In this document: positions 1 to 6,899 of the stretch, piece after piece
Layout: every line of letters begins with the position of its first letter
How positions within the stretch are numbered: the first letter of the stretch is position 1
Origin: an uncultured Planctomycetota bacterium
GTDB lineage: Bacteria > Planctomycetota > Phycisphaerae > Tepidisphaerales > Tepidisphaeraceae
Length of the DNA stretch: 64,000 bases
Assembly (NCBI GenBank): GCA_963841915.1
Contig: CAWJEN010000005.1
Location: forward strand, 1,120,001-1,184,000
Reading direction: 5' to 3'
Translations under genes and position numbers: made by a program
Notes under the pieces: model-generated
What the model saw: only the letters and a program-made list of their open reading frames with translations
Told to the model about the DNA's origin: nothing
Databases searched by the model: none

Positions 1-1077
1 TTCCTTGTCGGAGATGCGGGAACACTTACCTTCTCGCCCGACCTAGTGGAACTCACGTCAGAGCTCGTGCTGACTGGCACAGCGACGGCTGATCTTGCAC
101 GACTTCAGGTCAACAATGGCGCTATTCGCCTGCTCGAAGGGGCGAATCTCACGATCAACCAGTCCAGTAGCAACCCCTTCGAGAACCGCGGCATCCTCGA
201 CCTGTCGGCCACCAGCACGCTCACCATTGACGGCGACGTCGCCTTTGGCGGCGTGAGTCAGCCGGTCATTCGCAGCGAGATCGCGTCGGCGGCGGACTTC
301 GGGCGGGTCGTTGTCAACGGCAGCCTCGACCTCAACTCGCCGGACTCGACGAGCCGGTTTGATCCCGACCTTGTCGGCGGGTTCGACCCGGACGTCGGCG
401 ACAGCTTTGGCGTCATCACGGCCAGCGGCGGCGTGAGCAACGGGTTCGACTCGTTCCAGGGCGGCGAGGATCCGTCGGGTGACGTGCTGGCGGTGTCGCG
501 GCCGGATGGGCAGACGGTGGCGGTGGCGATCGTGCCGGGGCCGTTGCCGCCGGCGCCGCAGATTCTGGGGCAGAGCTTCGAGTTCGAGGAGCGGCTGGCC
601 GTCACCTTCGACTTCGACCAGGACGTCTCGGCCTTCCTGTCCCGCAGCGATTACACGATCACGAACACCGACACCGGCGAGACGCTGCCGCAGTCGGCGG
701 GCGTCCTGTCGTTCAACACGACGAGCAACCAGGCGGTGCTGGACCTGTCCGGTGACATTCCGAACGGCAACTACGAGCTCGTCGTCGAGGCGAGCGACAT
801 CGCCAACGGTGCCGGCGTGCCGGCCAGCGGGCAGCCGATCACGCTCGACTTCTTCGTGCTGGCCGGCGATGCGAATCGTGACCGGCAGGTGTCGATCCTC
901 GACTTCGCCATCCTCCGAAGCAACTTCGGCTCGTCGGGCGGCACGTTCAGCCAGGGCGACTTCAACTACGACGGCCAGGTGAGCATTCTCGACTTCGCGA
1001 TCCTGCGAAACAACTTCGGCGCGAGCCTGCCGGCACCGGCGGCCTCCATCTTCGCCAGCGAAGAAGAGACGAAGTAG
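1..1077 (+). CDS. C-terminal part of a large secreted protein with an Ig-like region and a planctomycete dockerin-like (EF-hand type) tail; 5' end outside the window
   Basis: Frame open from base 1; duplicated motif GDANRDRQVSILDFAILRSNFG / GDFNYDGQVSILDFAILRNNFG; G/S/T/D-rich beta-type composition. Confidence 0.85.
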   Translation, partial: FLVGDAGTLTFSPDLVELTSELVLTGTATADLARLQVNNGAIRLLEGANLTINQSSSNPFENRGILDLSATSTLTIDGDVAFGGVSQPVIRSEIASAADFGRVVVNGSLDLNSPDSTSRFDPDLVGGFDPDVGDSFGVITASGGVSNGFDSFQGGEDPSGDVLAVSRPDGQTVAVAIVPGPLPPAPQILGQSFEFEERLAVTFDFDQDVSAFLSRSDYTITNTDTGETLPQSAGVLSFNTTSNQAVLDLSGDIPNGNYELVVEASDIANGAGVPASGQPITLDFFVLAGDANRDRQVSILDFAILRSNFGSSGGTFSQGDFNYDGQVSILDFAILRNNFGASLPAPAASIFASEEETK

Positions 1078-1087
1078 CCGCCGTCAG

Positions 1088-1516
1088 CTTCAGACGAACG
1101 GCCGTGGGATGGTCGCTGGCGTCCTACGGCCGTTGTCGTTGGCGAAAAAGAATGAGGAGGTCGTTCTCTGGCTCAGGCACCGGGCACCGAACATCGGGTC
1201 GCACGCGGATCTGGGCGACGCGGCGGACGGCGGCGTGGGGTTGTCTCATCGCACTCCAACGGCGATCACGCCTAACCGCCGAGTGCACGACAAGACCGAA
1301 GGCCCATGCCTCCAGCGATACGTGGGCCAGCGCCGCCTTCGACTCGACCGCGTCCCTCTGCTGCCGGGAGCCCGGCGACTTTTTGGATCGAAGGCTCGCG
1401 ATTCCGTTGTCTGTCCCAGTGCGGCATCGACGCCACCCGGCCCCCGCACCCACCGACGCGTGGCCGTCCTGCTGACGGTCCACGGCATCCCACTCCCGCC
1501 ACCGGAGGCGGCGTGA
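1088..1516 (+). pseudogene. Decayed 3' remnant of the GNAT family found at 5661 and 18828
   Basis: LQTNGRGM vs FQTNGGAM (12-nt identity CAGACGAACGGC at 1091 and 19416); D..(7)..REPGDFLD vs DP..RELRDRYLE; IDATRP vs YDATRA; ends PEAA-stop like the 18828 copy; matches fall in different frames. Confidence 0.55.
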
Positions 1517-1654
1517 GCGGGGACGCTGGGATCCCTCCGCCGGCCTTTGAGGGTCTGACGCCTTGTTCTGCTCCGATGTTGGGAGGGGCTACCAGAACAC
1601 TTCGTGTAGTTGCACCAAGCTTGCGGACAGGCGGCCCCTGCCCACAATGTCGCC

Positions 1655-4600
1655 ATGCCTGACGTTTCGTCCGCCGACCGCTTTGTCTCGAAATGGCGGG
1701 GCGTTGAACTCAAGGAAACAAGCGTCAGTCAAGAGCACTTCATTGACCTGTGCCGCCTGCTCGATTTGCCTACCCCCACCGAAGCTGACCCTACCGGCGA
1801 AGACTTTGCCTTCGAAAAGCACACGCTCGTTACCAACACCGCCAGCAAAGGCTCCAAAGGCGTCGGCGGCTTTGTCGATGTCTACAAACGCGGCTGCTTC
1901 ATCTGGGAGTACAAGACCAAGGGCAAGCACAAAGACCTGACCGACGCCTATCGCCAAGCCGTCCAGTACAGAGACGCCCTCGACAGCCCGCCGCTGACCG
2001 TCGTCTGCGACATCGACCGTATCATCGTTCGGACCCACTTCACCGGATACCCGCAGGAGACGCGGGAACTGCTCCTTGAAGAGGTCCCGTCGCACCTGAC
2101 GCTCCTGCGTCGTCTCTTCGAATCGCCCGACACCTTCCGGCCCGACAAGACAACGGAGGCCGTCACCGTCGAACTGGCCAAGACCTTCGGCAACGTGGCC
2201 GGTCGTCTCGTCCACAGCGGCCCTGCCGACGACTCACTCTTCGCCAAGCTCGACACCGGACTTGCGGGAGGCATGGCGACCGCGCACTTCCTGATGAAGG
2301 TCGTCTTCTGCTTCTTTGCCGAAGATACGGGTCTACTGCCAAATGGCCTCTTCAGCCGAGCCATCGAGGCGGCCGTACGCGATCCTGAAGCGTTTCCCAG
2401 GAAGGCGAATCAACTCTTCGACACGATGGCCGCGGGCGGCGACTACGGCGAGCACACGATTCCCTACTTCAACGGCGGCCTCTTCAGAGGTCAACACGAT
2501 GCCGTCTACTTGAATCAGGGCGAACTCCGCGATCTGCTCAAGGTCTCCGCCAAAGACTGGAACGGAGTCGATCCGAGTATCTTCGGTACGCTCTTCGAGC
2601 GGTTGCTCGACCCCGCCAAGCGTGCACAGATCGGCGCTCACTACACGAGCGAGCATGACATTCGGCTCGTCATCGACCCGGTGATCATGGAACCGCTGCG
2701 TCGCAAGTGGAAGGGATTGCAAGCCGACCTTGCCGCCGACGCCGTGCAGGCGGCGGCCATCGACGACAAGAAGGCGCGTGAAGTTGTCGGTGCCCCAGTG
2801 GTCATCGCGCTTCGCGGGTTCCGCGAGCACCTCGCAAGCCTGACGATCCTCGACCCGGCATGCGGTAGCGGCAACTTCCTCTATGTCGCCCTGCGCCGTC
2901 TGCTCGACCTTGACGCCGACGTCGTCGCCTGGGCCGCGCGGCACGGGATCACGCTCGACCCCAAACCGCTCGTCACGCCGCGTCAGCTCCGCGGCATTGA
3001 GATCAATCCCTTCGCCGTCGAGCTGGCGCAGGTGAGCGTGTGGATCGGCTACCTGCAATGGCTGCTCGCCCGCGGCATCGACCACCCGACGAAGCCCGTC
3101 CTGCAAACCCTCGACACCATCGTCTGCCGCGACGCCATCCTGACCGAAGACGGCAAACCCGCCGCGTGGCCGGAGGCGGACTTCATTGTCGGCAATCCGC
3201 CGTTCCTCGGCAGCAAGCAGTTTCGCCGGCACGGGCTGAGCGACGCGTACCTCGACCAGCTCTACAAGGCCTTCCCCGACACGCCGAACACGAGCGACCT
3301 GTGCGTCTACTGGTTTGAACTGGCCCGGCGGATCGTCAAACAGAAGCCGGAGGTGCGCGTCGGGCTGTTGGCGACGCAAGCGATCCGAGGCGGGGACAAC
3401 CGGAAGGTGCTTGCTCAGATTGCCGACGACTCGGCGATTTTCAATGCTTGGAGCGACCGCCCTTGGACTCTCAACGGTGCAGCGGTTCGAGTGAGCATCG
3501 TCGCGTTCAGTGGTAGAAATAAAGATGACGATGCCACGGTTGACGGAGTAAAGGTCGACAAAATCAACGCGGATTTGTCGTCAAGCGTCGATGTCACTCA
3601 AGCCGTAAAGCTCAAGCACAACTCTGGTGTAGCGTTCATGGGTGACACTAAGGGCGGTGCATTTGACATCGACTTTGACGCTGCCGCTCAGATCGCTCGC
3701 GAACCTACGTTGGGAACTTCAAGGCATTCCGATGTGATGCGACCGTGGATGAACGCAGGCGACTTGACCCGTCGTCTTCGAGGTAAGTGGATCATCGACT
3801 TTGGCACCTCAATGAGCAAAGAGGACGCTGCTGACCACGAAGCGGCGTTCCGATTCGTCGAGAAAGAGATCAAGCCGACGCGGATCAAGAATCGTCGTCG
3901 GACTTACGCGGCGCATTGGTGGCTTCATGTTGAGCCGAGGCCTGCGATGCGCGAAGCGACTGCCGATCTTGATCGCGTCGTTCTCACACCACGCGTCGCA
4001 TCCCACCGATTGTTTGTCTTCGTTCCGCGGACGACGCTGCCAGACAGTCGTCTGTTTCTGTTTGCACGATCTGACGACTACTTCATCGGCGTTCTTCATT
4101 CTGCCATTCATGAACTGTGGTCCCTCGCGACCTGCGGGTGGCACGGATTCGGCAACGACCCGACTTACAACGCCACGACTTGCTTTGAGACCTTTCCGCT
4201 CCCGTGGCCGCCCGGGGCCGAGCCCGGCGAGGGGGAGGACGGTGGTGGGGGGTACGACCTGCTGCAAGCCGTCGCGGGCGCGGCCGAGGCGTTGGTGGCC
4301 AAGCGGGATGCGTGGCTGAATCCGCCGGAGTGGGTCGCCGAGGTCGCCAGGAAGGTCGATCTGGGCGAGGACTTCTCAACGGTCCCCGCCGATGTCCGCC
4401 CCCTCGTCCGCGACTCGGCCATCGCCGCCGCGAGCGCCAAGGACGCCCGCCTGAAGAAGCGCACGCTCACCAACCTCTACAACGCCCGGCCCGAGTGGCT
4501 GAAGCTCGCCCACGAATCCCTTGACCGCGCCGTCCTCGCCTGCTACGCGAGCGTGGACCCCCAAGGGGATTGGAACCCCGACTGGTCCGCCGTCTGGCAC

Positions 4601-4732
4601 GACACTGGCGCCGGACGCCTGCCGGCGAACGACGCCCCGGACGAAGTGAAGACCCGCCGCGCTGAGGTCGACCGCCTCGTCCTGTCGAACCTGCTGCGCC
4701 TTAACAAGCAGCGGTCTGCCCCCACCTCGTAG
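1655..4732 (+). CDS. MmeI-like (type IIL/IIG) fused restriction endonuclease, N6-adenine DNA methyltransferase and target recognition domain
   Basis: N-terminal PD-(D/E)xK-like VDVYKRGCFIWEYK; PYFNGGLF; IFGTLFE..GAHYTS; motif I LDPACGSGNFL; motif IV GNPPF; C-terminal YNATTCFETFPLP and KKRTLTNLYNARP. Confidence 0.9.
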   Translation: MPDVSSADRFVSKWRGVELKETSVSQEHFIDLCRLLDLPTPTEADPTGEDFAFEKHTLVTNTASKGSKGVGGFVDVYKRGCFIWEYKTKGKHKDLTDAYRQAVQYRDALDSPPLTVVCDIDRIIVRTHFTGYPQETRELLLEEVPSHLTLLRRLFESPDTFRPDKTTEAVTVELAKTFGNVAGRLVHSGPADDSLFAKLDTGLAGGMATAHFLMKVVFCFFAEDTGLLPNGLFSRAIEAAVRDPEAFPRKANQLFDTMAAGGDYGEHTIPYFNGGLFRGQHDAVYLNQGELRDLLKVSAKDWNGVDPSIFGTLFERLLDPAKRAQIGAHYTSEHDIRLVIDPVIMEPLRRKWKGLQADLAADAVQAAAIDDKKAREVVGAPVVIALRGFREHLASLTILDPACGSGNFLYVALRRLLDLDADVVAWAARHGITLDPKPLVTPRQLRGIEINPFAVELAQVSVWIGYLQWLLARGIDHPTKPVLQTLDTIVCRDAILTEDGKPAAWPEADFIVGNPPFLGSKQFRRHGLSDAYLDQLYKAFPDTPNTSDLCVYWFELARRIVKQKPEVRVGLLATQAIRGGDNRKVLAQIADDSAIFNAWSDRPWTLNGAAVRVSIVAFSGRNKDDDATVDGVKVDKINADLSSSVDVTQAVKLKHNSGVAFMGDTKGGAFDIDFDAAAQIAREPTLGTSRHSDVMRPWMNAGDLTRRLRGKWIIDFGTSMSKEDAADHEAAFRFVEKEIKPTRIKNRRRTYAAHWWLHVEPRPAMREATADLDRVVLTPRVASHRLFVFVPRTTLPDSRLFLFARSDDYFIGVLHSAIHELWSLATCGWHGFGNDPTYNATTCFETFPLPWPPGAEPGEGEDGGGGYDLLQAVAGAAEALVAKRDAWLNPPEWVAEVARKVDLGEDFSTVPADVRPLVRDSAIAAASAKDARLKKRTLTNLYNARPEWLKLAHESLDRAVLACYASVDPQGDWNPDWSAVWHDTGAGRLPANDAPDEVKTRRAEVDRLVLSNLLRLNKQRSAPTS

Positions 4733-4944
4733 CTAACGAGGGTGGGAGTTGCGACCATGCGCCAGAGATTAAAGGTCGGGAGCTGTTTCCGGTGCGGTAG
4801 GAGGCAAGGGCCGCTCCCAAGGCACCACGGTGGCGTGGAAGCGTCTCCGTAAGGTTCCACCCGCATCGCATGGGAGCGGCCAACCTGAACGGTCTTGGCG
4901 ATTCATCACGACACGTCGTGTCGTGGCACTCGGTCGCCGTTGTC

Positions 4945-5155
4945 GTGCATGCGCGGCGGGGCGGCGTGGATGCCGCGGGATATTTGCGGAGCGCATTTCA
5001 TTCTGCGTGCGTGCATTGCAACGCTGCGTGCATGCAATGAAAATCTCGTGCGCAAAGCGACGCGGCGTGCATGACAAAGGACATTCCACGCATGCAATGG
5101 AGTCGCGCATGCATGCGATGCGACGCCGCGTGCATCAAAACTCATTCTGCATGGG
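4945..5155. repeat. Degenerate ~21-bp periodic array with a (G/A)TGCATG core
   Basis: Core variants at 4945, 4966, 5007, 5028, 5067, 5088, 5109, 5130, mostly 21 bp apart. Confidence 0.6.
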
Positions 5156-5376
5156 GGCATAACGGACCTTCCGCGACGTCCGAGCCGTCTGCCAGCATCG
5201 GTCGTGCGATGTTCCCGGACCCGCCGGATGAACGGGCGTCGTTCGGCCGACGACGCGAGGCGTCCAAGGGGCAGCCGTGGCCGAACGGAACGGCTGGTGG
5301 CATGGATCGTGAGCCGTCCAGTACTGCAAGGCCGTCGTCGCGTTGGCAGGGCGTGGCTGCGCGGGTGAGTGGGGGG

Positions 5377-5601
5377 GGGCGATCTTTCGAGCTGTGGGGG
5401 CATCCCGCTGAGTCGAAGGGGAGGTCGTTCGCGTCGGAAGGAATCCCCCGCGGCCTGGCAGACATCCCCTCGGATCCGAAAAGCCTCCCCTTCGATTCGA
5501 AAGGCATGCCTAGCGGTTCAGAAGACATCCCCTTCGATCTGAAAGACTTCCCCTCCGAGTCAAAAGCCTTTCCCTTTGCGGCGCGGGGGATCTCTTATGC
5601 G
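5377..5601. repeat. Degenerate 21-bp tandem array, about 11 units, consensus near GACATCCCCTTCGATTCGAAA
   Basis: Units start at 5377, 5398, 5419, 5440, 5461, 5482, 5503, 5524, 5545, 5566, 5587; preceded by a G9 run at 5371-5379. Confidence 0.75.
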
Positions 5602-5660
5602 GACCCAGCCGCCCTGGCTGGGCGTGAGGGGCGGTGAGGCGGGTGGTCGATGCAGTCTCT

Positions 5661-6857
5661 ATGCAGCAGAACGCGATCGCCGTCGTGCAGGGGGAACTCG
5701 TCGAGGACGATGCGTTGGCGACGGCCAAGGTGGACATCGTGACGCGGCAGGGGGAGGCGGTCGTCGGGAAGTACGACGACACGATCGAGCTGCGGCCGGG
5801 GACGCTCAGGGATCTGCCGTGGGTGGACGCGTTGCAGAAGCAGCAGTCGCGGGAGCTGGGGTTCCTGCAGATGAAGGCGCTCGAGGGGAAGGTGCAGCTG
5901 GGGCAGGTGCTGGTGGCGACGGTAATGGACCGGCCGGCCGGGTATTTGATCGCGAGCGACCGGTACATGAAGCGGGACGAGCTCGGGCTGATCACGCAGG
6001 TGAACGTCGAGGCGAAGTATCGGCGGTCGCTCGTGGCGGCGCGGTTGGTGCAGGGGCAGTTCGACCGCAGTGCGTACGGGTGCCGTCTCTATGCGGCCTG
6101 GTGTGCGCAGGATCTGGAGGCGAACCGGTTCTGGGAGGCGATGGGGTTTGTCGCGATCGCGTTCCGGACGGGGGCGTACGGCAAGGCGGAAGGCGGAGGG
6201 CCACGCGTGCACCTGTTCTGGCAGAAGCGGATTCGGCCCGGCGACACGGTGACGTCCTGGTGGTATCCGAGCAAGACGGAGGGCGGGCAGATGCGGGCGG
6301 ATCGGATCGCGTTGCCGATTCCGCCGGGGGTGCATTGGAGCGAGGTGGAGGCGGTGCGCGTGCCGGAAATTGAGGTCGCCCAGAAGCCGGAGGAGAAGGA
6401 TTGGGAGACGGATACGGAAGACGAAGCGGTGGCGGAGGCCCAGTCGCGGGATCGGGTCGTGTGGCCACGGGGCATCGAGGACCGGGACGGCGTGCCGTAT
6501 CGACGGGGCAAGCGGTTGGCGACGGTCGAGATGCTCGTGAAGGAGCAGGGGGCGGGCAACAGCGGGATGTGGCGTGTGCCCGACGACGTGCAGGTGGTCG
6601 ACGAGATGCCCAAGCCAAAGCTCGTCCGCGGCAAGCGGAAGAAGACGAAGGCGAAGAAGCCGAAGATGACGGTGGACCCCAAGTTCGTCGCGATGTCGCG
6701 GGAGCTGCGGGATCGGTACCTGGAGGAGGTGGAGCGGGACCCGTCACTGATCGCGCAGCCTGCGGCGCGGCACGACGTGACGCGGCAACTTGAGCGGAAG
6801 GAGCGGCCGAGCTTCGCCTTGCCTGAGTCTTTCAAGGCGTTGCCGAAGGTGGCGTGA
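5661..6857 (+). CDS. GNAT-fold N-acetyltransferase-like protein with long C-terminal extension (paralog 1)
   Basis: Motif A-like QVNVEAKYRRSLVAARLV; motif B-like ANRFWEAMGF; many conserved blocks shared with 18828..19928; alternative GTG start at 5634. Confidence 0.8.
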   Translation: MQQNAIAVVQGELVEDDALATAKVDIVTRQGEAVVGKYDDTIELRPGTLRDLPWVDALQKQQSRELGFLQMKALEGKVQLGQVLVATVMDRPAGYLIASDRYMKRDELGLITQVNVEAKYRRSLVAARLVQGQFDRSAYGCRLYAAWCAQDLEANRFWEAMGFVAIAFRTGAYGKAEGGGPRVHLFWQKRIRPGDTVTSWWYPSKTEGGQMRADRIALPIPPGVHWSEVEAVRVPEIEVAQKPEEKDWETDTEDEAVAEAQSRDRVVWPRGIEDRDGVPYRRGKRLATVEMLVKEQGAGNSGMWRVPDDVQVVDEMPKPKLVRGKRKKTKAKKPKMTVDPKFVAMSRELRDRYLEEVERDPSLIAQPAARHDVTRQLERKERPSFALPESFKALPKVA

Positions 6858-6899
6858 GGGTGGGCGACAGGTGCCCGATCGGTTCGGGTGCGGATGCCG

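Noticed and set aside
5377..5601. CRISPR array
   Set aside because: Contiguous degenerate 21-bp units with no unique spacers and no cas genes
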